In this document: positions 37,613-50,300 of the stretch, in pieces
Layout of the letters: each line of letters opens with the position of its first letter
Numbering within the stretch: position 1 is the stretch's first letter
Source: Halocafeteria seosinensis
Lineage: Eukaryota
Reading direction: 5' to 3'
Length of the DNA: 64,000 nt
Assembly: GCA_001687465.1 (NCBI GenBank)
Contig: LVLI01000166.1
Span: 1-64,000, forward strand
Made by a program: the position numbers and the translations under genes
The notes under the pieces: generated by a model
What the model saw: only the letters and a program-made list of their open reading frames with translations
Databases searched by the model: none
What the model was told of the DNA's origin: nothing

Positions 37613-38497
37613 ATGCTTTTCAGTTTTGTGTTATTTATGTTTTGGAAACTCTACAACCTGATCGTAGGATACATCCTTCCTTTAGCTGCATTGCTTGTAT
37701 TCCTACTGACAGCTGTTCGCTTTATCTCTAGACTACCTGGTCTTCGGTTATGCTGGCCGAAGGATCTCAATGAGCTCTATGGAATGACAACGAGATGTGG
37801 GAGGGTATTGGTAGAGTCAACTAACGAGGGACTTCGCGATTTCATGTGGCTTACAGACAAGAGTGTAAGTGAATTCTTACACTTCTATTATTCCTTTAGC
37901 AATGCAGTGCTTATCGGTTGCAATTCGCGACAGTTACGGATACTGTACTATCTGCTCTGGGACAGCAAGGATGTCACTCCTGAGGAAATCGAACGAACTG
38001 AACAAGACGCTGGCAGGAAGATGACAGAGCTTCACGATCTAACTTCAGGGAATGTTAGCTCGCAATACAAACAAGCGCTGTTGGATACTCTTAAAGATCC
38101 AAATAGGAATGGGTTGGAAATGCTCCTTCCACGGAGGTTCAAGTCCCGTGAGGTACGTGGGTTAATAATTCTTGCTCTTGTATGGGGAAGAGACTACCAG
38201 GTAGTATGATCTCCCTGTGATTTCCAGAGTCTACGTCGGGCTCATGCGGCTTTATTTCACGCGTTCGCATGCCAGCATCAAGATCAATCATTCAGTACAG
38301 TTTCAAGAAATGTGCAGGATCTATATGATCATGAAGGAAAAGTATGCGTAATTTGCCACGATCAGCCAGCGAAGCACGTGTATCCCAACTGCGGACATTT
38401 GGCCGTATGTAGTGCTTGTCGCTCTCTCGCTGGCAACCGCTGTCCGTTTTGCCGTTGTCGGTCCATTGGTGGTCCCCAACCTCTCTTGGTTGCATAG
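37613..38497 (+). CDS. Membrane-anchored RING (C3HC4) E3 ligase-like protein, 2 exons
   Basis: N-terminal hydrophobic helices; a GTACGT...TTCCAG intron joins in frame to CVICHDQPAKHVYPNCGHLAVCSACRSLAGNRCPFCRC. Confidence 0.8.
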
Positions 38498-38832
38498 ACG
38501 AAACGAACGAAGGGCAGAAATGAAACCGCTAGGGGGTACCACATGGTGCATGAGCGCAGCCGCTGGAACTGCTCATCTCACCTCAAGTTCACTCCGCGTT
38601 TTGCAGCTTACCGATTCTGGTCTCTAAACAACTGATGAATTCTTGCAAGATTCTCGTTTCGTGGACTTCAACCTCGTATGTTGAACGTAGGACGTGAAAC
38701 AGTAGGGAAGAAGAAAAGAATTGTTGTTGAGAAATCAACTCGTTGGTTTTTCGCTGTCGTTGTCGTTTGTCGTTATCCCCTTTGTGGCGGATTGAAAAGC
38801 AAGTTTCCACTTCTACGGAAAAGGAAGGAAAG

Positions 38833-40146
38833 ATGTCTCAAGAAGGTAAGCTAATATCCCATTTGTACGAAGGGTACCCAACGAGTCTCGGGAGGCACCT
38901 GAGGGATACGCCAAGGGCAAAAGAAACTACAAAAAGTGTTGAGGTAGCAGGAAGAAAGTGAAGTACGTCCTGCACTTTTCGTACCGATACCGTAACAACG
39001 GCCAACAGGAGCTACATGACGCTATCCATTCGGCTATGGTATGTTCACCTTCGCTCTATCCTGGGTGGTGTACTCTCCTGAATGCGCATGGTAGCATGAA
39101 AACCGATATCCTTTGACCGGAAAATAAGGTACCATGGTAGGGGTGGAATTCCTCATAGAGTACGCGGTTCTGCACGAAGCTACGAGCAAGAGCATGGCTT
39201 CATGCAAGTTTTGTTGGAAAGATGGATTGGATCAGGCATATCCCACTTGATGAGCGTGCTAAGGATCGGTGGCAAAGCGGGTTATACAAGTTCAACTTCC
39301 CTCTTTGGTGCCCTTTGTTTTCTTTTTTGTTTGAAGTCAGTGGACCGCTCATGAACGAGTCAGTAGACTGTCATTCCTTAGCTCGATAGTTGTTCGTAGA
39401 TTTTGGGTCACTTCGTATATCTTGCAACGTAAAACTGGTTGCCGGCTCGTTTTTGTTTGCAGAAGCAGCCATTAACCCGTGCCGGATCTTCGTTGGGAAC
39501 TTGAAGTTCAACACCACCAATGAAGCGCTTCAGGAGCTGTTGAGCGAGGCTGGAAATTTGAAGTCCGCAGAGCTAATCAGAAGTGGGGATGGACGCTCTC
39601 GCGGATGTGCTGTAGCCGAGTACAGCACAGCTGAGGAGGCTGAGCAGGCCAAGAGCATTTTCGCCGATAGAGAGGTCGATGGAAGAAAGATTTTCGTCCG
39701 TGAAGATCGGGAGAATGGTGCTGCTCCGAAAAAGGCGTCGAAACCGAGGCAGAGACGCCAAAAGAAAGGAACCCCTGCTCGTGACAACGCAAGGGAAACG
39801 AGGCCAGTACGCGAGGCTTCGCCGAACCAACTATTCGTGCGCAATGTGAGTCGGTTGCACGTTGATGACCCTGTCCCTGAGTGGCCAACAAGTATTGATC
39901 CAACCGCAGATTCCCTTCGATACGAGTGACGAAGATTTGAAGAATTTCTTCGCTGAGCACGGTGCGATTTCAGCTGAGATCAAGCGCCGCAAAGGTGGAG
40001 CATCCAAGGGATTTGGACTTGTTCAGTTCAGCAACGAAGACCAAGCAACCGCCGCACTGACGCAATTGCAAGGCTTGGAACTTGATGGTCGACCATTGGA
40101 ACTCCGAGCCGATCGTCCTCCTCGGGCGGCAGTTCAGGAAGCTTAG
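38833..40146 (+). CDS. Two-RRM RNA-binding protein (Gbp2/Hrb1/GBP-like), 3 exons
   Basis: Exon 1 MSQE (38833-38845), intron 38846-39462. RRM1 RIFVGNL...RSRGCAVAEY...GRKIFVREDRE; RRM2 QLFVRN|IPFDT...SKGFGLVQF...LDGRPLELRADR. Confidence 0.88.
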
Positions 40147-40597
40147 ATTTTTTGCCAGTATGTTGGGAACGGCTATGCTACCCAAGTGGAATAGCGTGGA
40201 TAGTGGAGTGAGGTTCGATGTTTAAATTTAATGAACTAAGAAAGTATTACTTCGTAACGTTAGTACCGTTGTATCTATTGTGGATGCAACAGTTTCAAAG
40301 AATAGCGTCTCTTAAGAATCATTTTGTAAATTGCGTGAAGCCTAGCGTGAATCGCAAGCTGTGAAATTCAAACATAACTTGCCGTTATGGTGGCACATAG
40401 AGAGGTGGACAGTCCGTGGACTATTTCAACGTTTGCCAGTTAAATCATTGACTATGGTCGTCACTAAGAGTCGTAGATGCAGAAGATCGATCGATATAAA
40501 AATTGTTAGCATGCCTGGAGTAATTTCCGGGCGATAATAAATATCATTCCATGTGTTCTAGAGCTCGCTCAGGGTGGTACAAACTCAAACACGGGAA

Positions 40598-41542
40598 ATG
40601 TCTGCACCGACACCGCAAAGAAGGCAAGAGAAGGATGGGGGAGAAGGAGGGGCTGAAACACCGGGAAAGGCACATTTAAGAGCAAGTAATTTACTACACA
40701 GTCTAGCCGAAAAATCAACAAGAGTTAGAGGATCAGAAGGTGAGATTTCCATACGCCCTCTGCTAGCACTATCCATGCGTCATTTTAGTATGCCGCTGCA
40801 GCCCATAGAGTTGTAGACGCTCTAGATAACCGGCGCCTACAAGAGCAGTTGCAAGAAAAGCAGCCACAGGTTCATATATTGGGAGAAATACTTGGCGGGA
40901 CAGGGTTTTCTCCTGGAGGAGTGTGTTGCAAATGGGTGGTTGAAGCTGGAAACAAACACGGGGAGAACCTATGGGCTTTGAGCGAAGGAGAACCAACAGG
41001 GCAAACCCAAACAGCAGAAGTAGAGTCAACAGACGAAATGGCGGTATGGATGCATCCAATTGACGTCCATTACACTGTCGGGAGCGTGAGCGTAAGTAGC
41101 GAAACTACGCCTATTTGACATCTCGCAGTACCCGAGTCCAAGCATGAGAACGCAGCACTGGCCTCGTATGCTATTATCCGTATGGGAACTCGATAGCTTT
41201 GGTCGGTTAGAGCTTTCTGGATACTCCACGTGTCATATTCCTGCATACAGTGGCTCTTTCGAACTAGAGTGTCCTGTCTGGAGACCGGTAGGGGACATGC
41301 GACAGGAATTAACAGCGTATTTCATTGGCGGTGTCCCACACCTGAAGTCTACAAGTGTTTTGTACGACGATCGAAGCCATCGCAAAATGTTTACGAGTGT
41401 ATCTGGTGGAACGGTGAGTACGCCCTCGTGTTTGTGGTTCTGGAAATGTATCTTGGAACTCCTGTGTGGTATGCAGGTCCATTTGAGACTTGAAGTGATT
41501 TTGCGTAACTTCTCTCTTTATAATGTTGATTCTCAAGAATAA
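40598..41542 (+). CDS. B9D2: B9 domain protein (B9D2-like), copy B, with N-terminal extension, 4 exons
   Basis: QVHILGEILGGTGF...CCKW...GQTQ...WMHPIDVHY|HWPRMLLSVWELDSFGRLELSGY...CPVWRPVG...FIGGVPHL...GGT|VHLRLEVILRNF. Confidence 0.88.
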
Positions 41543-41939
41543 ACAGCATCACACTGAATAAAGGATTCTAGGTTGATATCGAGGCATAGACGATATATGG
41601 ATACAGATGTGTCAAAACCATGGCATACTGTAGCGTCTGTTGTGTTCCTGGAGGAAATGCCTTCAGTTCATCCCGCATCAGTCGATGCTTCCTGGTTCTG
41701 GATTCTGACAGACTGAATCATTCAATACAGATGCCGCACCCAGCAGTTACCCAGCACATTGCAGTATAGTGAGACGAAACTCAGCGATGGCAATCAAGCG
41801 GCTTACGGGCAAGGCTCCCTCGTCCGTCGTGGAAAGTTAGGGCGGTTGTTCTTGCCACTAGGTAAGAGCCAATGCATCGATGGTTCTAGTCTCCAGTACA
41901 CTCCCAGGCATCGATGTCACCCAGAAAAGGGACGTGCTG

Positions 41940-42329
41940 TTAACACCTCAAAAACTGCCTAGCACTGTCTTCGAAACCGATGAGTCGCGGCAAGGACAGC
42001 ATGTGGATGGTAGTTATAGCAAACAAGCGATGACTGCGCATAGTGCACATCGGATACATGCTCACCACTCTGTGAAAACGTATATCGTGCCTCCGTTGCA
42101 CAAACACATACAACGTGCCTACAACGAAAGATCCAGTCCGTGCTCCGGAGTTGCAGCTCCGGCGTCTAGCGTGCTGTATTCTTGAAGATGGACAGTTACT
42201 CATTGAACTTCTGGCTACACATCAAGTTTTATGTGGTTTGTTACACTTACTTGGAACTGTTTAACACCGCTACCACCTGACCCTGTGCGCAAAGTCTCCT
42301 TGAGACATAGCAAAGACTAGTCTTACCAT
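41940..42329 (-). CDS. Possible small protein starting MGQVVA; doubtful
   Basis: ATG then intron 42326-42283, exon GQVVAVLNSS, intron 42250-42211, which splices in frame into ORF 41940-42203. The introns (44 and 40 nt) are shorter than elsewhere and no domain is recognisable. Confidence 0.25.
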
Positions 42330-42421
42330 TGGTGGTAGTACTTCAGTTGGGAAACGCGCGCGATTCGGTCGAGCGAGATACCGTAGTATATAGCTGACCA
42401 TTTCGGAAACACGCAGCAACC

Positions 42422-45400
42422 ATGAGCAATCAGAAGGACAAGGAGACGGATGATATTTCCGCCGACCTTATGGACGTCTTCAGTAGTAGTCCAAAACACG
42501 GGAATAACAATCGGAGGATGGCACACGATGATTCGTTCCGTGTTGAAGGACAGGTACGTTCGATGACCTCCATGACAGGACTATACAAAAACCAAGAGGT
42601 TAATGAAGAGGAAGGGGCATTTTCTCCAACCAGACCTCCTTCATCTTTTAGTCCGAGTAGAGTCGGTGCTGTTTTTATCCTCTCCTGGTAATCCACACTT
42701 TTGTAATCGTTTGTATATCACAGGAGCAATACTCCAACCAAGGGAAGGACGAATTCTCCTTTGCCGATGATCCTTATAGTGATTTCGAATCAGTCAAAGT
42801 GTTCTATCGCCTGCAACAACAGCGGAATCCCGGTGACGCTTCTGCTCATGATCTGTATTATAGCAAGAGTATGTTTTAGCACCATGTAACTCACGGTTTC
42901 CCTGAGGCTTCTATTGGCTAGTTACTGGAATTGGGTTGGTTTTGCAGTCGGACATTTGCTGCTCACTAACAAGCTGAATGCGGAGAGTGGGAAGAAACTG
43001 GAAACCGTAGTTCGCCGAGGGTATGGCGAGGTGATCGGTCCACAACTCGATTCCTTGTTGATGACTCAAGATCGTTCTCGGATTGAAACGATTTCAAAAC
43101 TCCTCTGGAATCGTCTGAAGCAGAAAGCTCCGGAAGCTTTGGAGGAAGAGACTAAAGTCGAAGCCGAATCCGAAGATGATGAATGGTGGAAAGAGGCCGA
43201 AGAAGTTGCTAGTCCTGTCCGTACGACACGAAGACCTTCTGTGATTCAAGTGGATACGCATGTTCATTATCATTCTGATAGTGATTCGGAGGATGGAGAA
43301 CCAGGAGAGACACATGAACCCACACCTAATGATCAGCTAAAACGGGCCAACATGAGCTTTCGACGACCAGCAGCTGTGGATGAGTCTACTCAACTAGGGT
43401 CAGTGGTTAGACGCATCAAGGAGGCAGCTAATCTCCAGCTAACCGATTTGGACGAAGACTCTCGTGCTAAGGAAGCTCGCAAGCGAAGAGCCAGTATTGC
43501 TGCCTCTGTACGAGAAGACCAATGTGAGGGTGTCATATACCTTCGCACTATGTCCAAGTTCCTGACCAGGACTTGGAAACCTCGTTTCGCTGTGTTGCAA
43601 AATGGCCTCATTAAAATATTTGCGGATCGCATGCAGCGCCGGAGTGGCAGCGCTCCTTTAGAAGTCCTAGAAATCAATAGATCCCAAGGTCTTTCGATCA
43701 TGCAAACTGCACCCGAAAAGCAAGGCAGTCACCCTCGCATATTTTATCGCCATATTGCTGAGCTCAGCAATGGGAATAAGTTTTCCGAAGGTGAATACGC
43801 CGATTCTAATAAGTCGGGACAGAAACGGGTCTTAAAAGTAAGTTGTGCACAGTTTACCCTTGGCGATTACGGTTGAAGTAATCTATGGTATATCTCTCGC
43901 AGTTTGGATGTGATAACCAGAATGAGTTGGACCTTTGGAGCAGAGCTATCCGCGCAGGTATGTTTTCTTGGAAGCCAGCGACATCCATTGGTAGCTATGT
44001 CATATCTAGTCACGCGTACAGCCATCAAGCGCGTCGCCCAGCGGGAGGAGAAACTCGAAAGAGACATCAAAGATGCTGAAGGTGTTCATTCCAGCACAGA
44101 TGAGTTTGCACATGCTATCTATTCATCTGACGTTGAAGAGAAAGATACGGGCTTTGCGGGGCAGATAACGGCGCCTTCCGCAAATGAAATTAACTACGTC
44201 ACCATTGAGTTGTTGAATTCGGAGAAATTCACGGTTCCGGTTTCAACGAACGCTACTGTGAAGGACACTATCATTGCTTTAAGAAACCAGATTGGGTTGC
44301 GGGCGGATGCCCAGTATTCGCTCTTCCTGAAAGATAGTTCGAGGGCTAGACCTATGTTCACTGTCCTTCCAGACATTATGTCTATTGACGAAGCAGAAGG
44401 CTTAGCATGTAAGTTCTCTAGATGCATGCAAGACTCGTTTAGAGTATGAGATAGATTGTTTGTTTTTTCCAGTGGCCGAGAACAAGACCCTCGTTTACAA
44501 GAGACGGATCTACTACAAGGTTTCCGAACAGGAAACTGGATCCCTTGCTTCGCCTTCTCATTCTGCATCTCGACGTGTCATAGACACCCAAAGCTCTCCT
44601 ATCAACGAGACGTTGCTGGTGCCACCCGTGGAGGAGGAGGAGCGTTCAGCAACGCATCACCAAGATGCTGCTCACAAGCTGGCATATATCGACGCCGTGT
44701 ACAACGTAAGTGACAGAGTGTGCAATAAAGACAGTGGTGGAAACATTGTCTATGTATGGCCGTTTTGCAGTTCATTATAGGTCATATGGCTATCGACGTT
44801 GAGAATGCTATCACGTTGGCATCGCTGCATGCAATTTCTTACTTCGGACCTTACGAAGAGGGTCAGCACACGCGACATAAAGTACACGCAGAATTGCGCT
44901 TCTTGGTTCCGCCAACCGCCATTATTGAGTTCGTGAATCTACGAGGCCAAAGCGGCGACGAAGAAGGAATCAAGGGGCTGGCGACAGCAATACATAAAGG
45001 ATTTGCTGCAGCCACTAGTGCGTTGAAAAAGGCGGTCGGCGGGGAAGCAGATGATATGATTTTCTTGGCACAAAAGCTATTTATGAAGAAAGTAAAGCAG
45101 TTTATTGAGTACGGTGCAAACTTTTACGTTGGAGATCTACGAAGAGTTCCTTCCTCAAGCGAAGACTTCGATGTTCCGGAGTGGATACTGGAAGCGTCAA
45201 CGAGTGATGCTGACCGAGACCAAAGTGATACCGTTCCGGTTCTTTTAGCGATTAATTGTGAGGGAGTCTTGATCCGGCCCTTGCCGCCGGTGTATACTGC
45301 CACAGAGGAATTTCTGAATTATGATGGCAACCATGAGGCGTACATTGTGGGTAGAGACCCTGCTGAGAATCGTGATAGTTTGCGACTGATGAAGGAATAC

Positions 45401-45805
45401 AATTCCGGTAGAATTGTTCCTTGGTTCATCCACCCTATTGACAAGATCGAGACGTGGGGTGTGCGGGCTGATCGCCCTATCCTCGGCTACACTCTGCGAA
45501 CCGTTGACGAGGCAAATATTGAAGTGGAGTCACCCCAGTATAAGGAATTATCCTCCATGATCCACATGTATGTGTTCACCATTTTGGCCTTGAATGAAGG
45601 ACAGCCCTTACCTCGAGCTCGAGTTGAAAGACACGAATACGGTTCGTTAGCAAAAGCGACGCGCCAGGCCTTGCAAGACGCGAAAAATGAAGCGCAATCA
45701 GATTTGCCCACGGGATGGACTGAAATTATGGATCCCGTGACTGGGTCTACCCTATTCTGGAACATCCATACCAAGAAGATGGTGTGGTCAAGGCCCACAG
45801 AATAG
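42422..45805 (+). CDS. PH-FERM-WW domain protein, multi-exon
   Basis: PH: EGVIYLR...TWKPRFAVLQNGLIKIF...ELDLWSRAIR. FERM: VTIELLNSEKFTVPV...IGLRADAQYSLF, LVYKRRIYY, AITLASLH, IEYGANFY, LLAINCEGV. C-terminal WW: LPTGWTEIMDPVTGSTLFWNIHTKKMVWSRP. Confidence 0.82.
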
Positions 45806-46127
45806 GTGGCTATGGTGTAACGCAATAACAACATTTCATCCATGTCCATCATACAGTGCACAGCCAAAAACTCCCTGGATATTTAGTTGCGTTTATCCCA
45901 GACATAGCGCACGCAGTTTGACACAACCCCCGGCTACTCCCCACCTACGTTTTGTGGGCCAGCGTGTCACAGTATGGGTGTGAACGTCGGATGACTCACA
46001 CTAAATAACATTAGACAGCGCGGGTTGTTGGAACTAAAGTCGGCTTTGAATCAGTAGTGCAATAAATTATCTAGATTAGGTTGGGATCATTGATTAATTT
46101 TTAATACTTTGCGTCCGTTGTGAAAAA

Positions 46128-47360
46128 ATGGCATCGACACATGGATCTTCTTCGACGGATCCTCTAAAATGGGGCTTTGTTAGCACGGCGATGATAGCCG
46201 CAAAGAACGAGGAAGCCGTGAAAAATGCTGCGAATGCAGAGCTCGTAGGAGTGAGCAGCCGATCTCTCGACAAGGCCAAGCAATGGTACGAATGCCACTC
46301 TGCTGATGTGTTCTAGGCAGAGGTGTTCCAATTGTGGAATGTTCTCTCGTCGCAGGATTGACCGCGTGGGGCTGACCGGAAAGGCCAAGGCCTTCGGGGA
46401 CTATAAAGAAATGCTCAAGGACGGAAACATCGATGCTGTCTATGTACCTGTTCCGACTGGTGCCAGAAAGGATGTACTGATTGAAGCGGCCAAACATAAG
46501 AAGCACATACTCTCAGAGAAGCCTCCGGCAGTATCAGCAGATGACCTGAAGGAAGTTCTGAAAGCTTGCAAAGAAAATGGCGTGCAGTACATGGACGGCG
46601 TCATGTTCATGCATCACACCCGTCGGGATGAGATGAAGAAGTCAATTGAAGAGCACGGTTTGGGACCAGTGAAGTATGTTGATTCTGACTTCTCCGTGCT
46701 CCAGGATCCTTCGTTCTTCGAAGATAACATACGAGTCAAGAGCGATCTGGAACCGCTGGGTGCCCTCGGGGACCTGGGCTACTATAACATCAGGCAGACG
46801 CTGGAATCATTTAATTATGAATGGCCTACGTCAGTTAGCGCATTCGAAATGCAGGCCAATAGCGCTGGTGTTCCCTTAGACGTCGTGGGGCATCTCTTCT
46901 TCCAAAATGGCAGGAGTGCTTCCTTCCATTGTTCGTTTGTCAATACATTCAGGCAGGATGCAAATATCGTATGCGAGAAGGGGATTGTTTCGTTGGACGA
47001 CTTTGTCATTGCAAGGACTCACGAATCATGCGAATACACGATTCGCAAGAATGGTTCCTTGACGGGCAAGGGCCAAGGTGTAAGTTTCGCATTCCGGAGG
47101 GTACAACGCGTCGATAATGTTACTTATTGAATTCATACATGCAGGCAACGCATGAAGCCATTACAAAGGAAATTCGGAATTGCAATCAAGAGAAAGAAAT
47201 GATAGTAAATTTCGGAAAGCAGGTTGCCTCGGGAGGGATCGATGAACAGTGGCCAAACTATGCTCTGCAGACACAGATTGTAATGGATGCCTGCGTTATG
47301 TCTATGAAGCAAGATGGCAAGAGAGTCACTGTAACACCTGCTTTGTATAAAGACCTATAA
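46128..47360 (+). CDS. Gfo/Idh/MocA-family NAD(P)-dependent oxidoreductase, 3 exons
   Basis: LKWGFVSTAMIA, VGVSSRSLDKA, IDAVYVPVPT, KHILSEKP, YMDGVMFMHH, LGALGDLGYY. Confidence 0.92.
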
Positions 47361-47373
47361 CCTCCCGTCAGAA

Positions 47374-50300
47374 CTAAATGAACAACTCCCCTGGAAGAGA
47401 CAAAAGCTGGATGCCGACAGACTGTGAACATAAATGCAAGTTGTTCCGCTTGCTCTCCTGTTTTCCCTCCCGAAGAACCTCAACGAATCGTTCAATGAAC
47501 TTCCGGTAAACCTTGCTAATTGCGCTAGAGTCCCTGTCGTCGAGTGAGCGTAGTGGTTCAACATCCATCACAGAGACATCGTTCTCAGGAAAAGCCTTCC
47601 ATCGGCGGAATAGCCACATTCCTTTCACCTGCATTGGGAATGGACCACTAGCAGCGTTTTACCAATTGTCTAGTTTCGGTCGTAGTTTATGAAGGGAACC
47701 TTACAATGTCTTCGTATCGATAAGGGGAGTCTGACGCCATGGACTCCTCACTGCATATTCCTGCATACTTGTATTTAGGTAGGAACTAGCAAGATTTCGT
47801 GTGAAGAGCCTCCAGTATGTCAATATGCTTACCTGGAAAGATAAGGTTAAGTCTATGATGTGCTAGACCGGCTCGATCTTCAGACAGAATGCCTGTCAAC
47901 ACGGAAACCGCTATGTGCCTTTCCAGTTGGTTACAATTACCTTGAGTGAGTACCTGCACGACCTTTAAAACCATTGAGTGATATGCATCTGTAACCTCAG
48001 ATGAAGACGATGATAGAAAAATATCCACAGAAAGCAGAACTCCGGATACTTTGCGCAGCTCTTCTGACACCGAGGTACTGGCTACATGCTCCAAGAGCAG
48101 CGTGCGAAAGGACAACAATGTGGAACCCTTTAGGCAATTCTCCGGACCGAATCTACTATTTAGGAACCGAAAACACAGCAGGCCACCGTCGGTGGTAGAC
48201 TTAACATCGCCGCTCGTGGGGGTTTGTACTGTGTGCTGTGATTTATACCGTTTTATCGCCTCTCTTGCAAAATTTCGTTTGTTCAAGCATATTGATGAAA
48301 ACAATGTACATGCTGAGACGTAACCGCTCAAACGGTTACGATCCTCGCGATTCATTTTCCAGACGCATGCATAGCTTTCTACAAGTTCAAGGATGTTACT
48401 TCCCTCCGATGCCCAAAATGAGTGAGAGGTACAACCATTGTAAACACCATGAATACACGCGCAACGGCAAATCTCTAGGAGCATGCGAGTGAACACGTTC
48501 GGGGCACAAGGAGTGGTGTCGCTCTGGGTAAGTGGAAGGGTAGAAAACCCATCGTTTAGACAAAAGGCATCGACAAGCCTGCAATTCACCGAAATGGTCA
48601 ACAAAAAGTATTTCGAGACAACGTCTGCTGGAAGAACCCACGTTGCGACGTGGCGAACGTCTCCGAACAGTTTACTCCACAGAATGGCCTGCAAATCTTC
48701 CGTTAGTAACCGACAGATGCAACATACACTCAAGGCCTTTGTCCATATTTCGAGTTGCTGTACGGCAGTTTGATCTTCTAGAGGAACAGCCTTCATCTTA
48801 CCTGCGAGAAAACTTCGTTCGGTTGTCTTCCCGTCGGTACCCAAAATGTTAGAAACCACCGCAGCCCAGACATCCCTATTACATCCTATCTGCAAACCGT
48901 CGATGTAGAACACCCCCTTTAGCGCGTTTTGTTCACGTTCAGAGGACTTCGCAAAGAGCTTCCCCCAAAGCATATCCGGAAAACCATCTTGACTATTGTA
49001 CGGGTTTTCTCCGCAGGCGTATTTTACCAACCAGCCGACTAACGGGAGAACTGGAATTGTTGTGCAAGAGTATCGCAAACAGGTTTGAATAACTCCAATG
49101 CATATCTCTACATGTATCTTTGACGTGCAATGCAAAAAAATAGTGTCCCATGACCATTGTTCATCTCGACAGAGCCGAGAAAAGACAAATAACCATTCCA
49201 CATATGGCTGTGATTGCTCATTACGGAGGCCGTTCAACCTGCCAAATAATTTTCCCGCAAGATTCAGGATCTGGGCATTTAAAGAACAAGCTGCATTAAG
49301 TATCATTTCTAGATCTAGACAAAAGTCCTCCATTTGTTCAAAGCAATGCAAACGCAGTTCCAAAATCGCTTGCAGCAATGGCAACGCTCCATTGTTAATG
49401 TCTTTCTGAAAGGTCTTGCTAAGAAATTGTTCGAATGTCCCACAGAGCGCGGAAAGCTTCGTTATATTCAGTCCGGATTGGCCGTTTGAGTAAACGAAAA
49501 GAGACCGAATACTGTCAACCAGAGTTATATACGTATCTACCGGAAAGGCGGAGAGCGTCGTGTCTTCCGAAAATATGGATAATGTTGCGTGGGCTACAGT
49601 CGATAGCACTCTCTCCAACATCTCGTGCACCCGGGTCAGGTGCGATGCAAGACAGATACTGCAAAGATCACCAAGCGCATCTACCAACTGTGTCCAAGTG
49701 TAGCGATCCCCAAATTCTTCGAAAGACGAGCATTTAGCTTCCAGGAAAGACATAGCGCGCGCTACTGTGTGCAGGGATGATGCTATTGCCAGTTCACAGG
49801 CGGGGTCAGCTGTAAGTTCCTCCATGCGGCTTCGAAGCTCACACACAAGTGCTCCGTTATAACGAACCAACCACTCCATGTCCCTTTTACTAGAACCGTG
49901 GACGTTGATCTTCCCTAAATTTGATGTATACAGCTCCACACCGTAGCTTACTAGCTTAAGGAACTCCAATATCACTCTCGTCGTTGCACCGGTTGGTGCG
50001 CCGCTCAGCTCTTCGAGAATTCTCAACACGTCAAGGACGACAGAAGCCTCAAGTGTAGTTACACCATCCTGTAAATTAATAGCAAAGTCCAGCAAGTAGT
50101 CCAGGAGCTGTTGTTTCTGATCTTCCTCGAGAAAGTCTCCATCGACTAGGTGTCGGCAGAAGACGAGTATAAACTCTACAGAGTTGCATTCTTGGGTGCG
50201 GATCCTGCTTCCCATTGCGAGAGCTAAACTGATTACGAAGGATGGATCTTCGGTTATCAGACCATTGAGTAAAGTATCTTGAGAAGTAACATTTACCACT

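Noticed and set aside
40185..40225. GGTTCGA T-loop-like motif suggesting a tRNA
   Set aside because: No acceptor stem or cloverleaf; it lies in the 3' region of the RRM gene.
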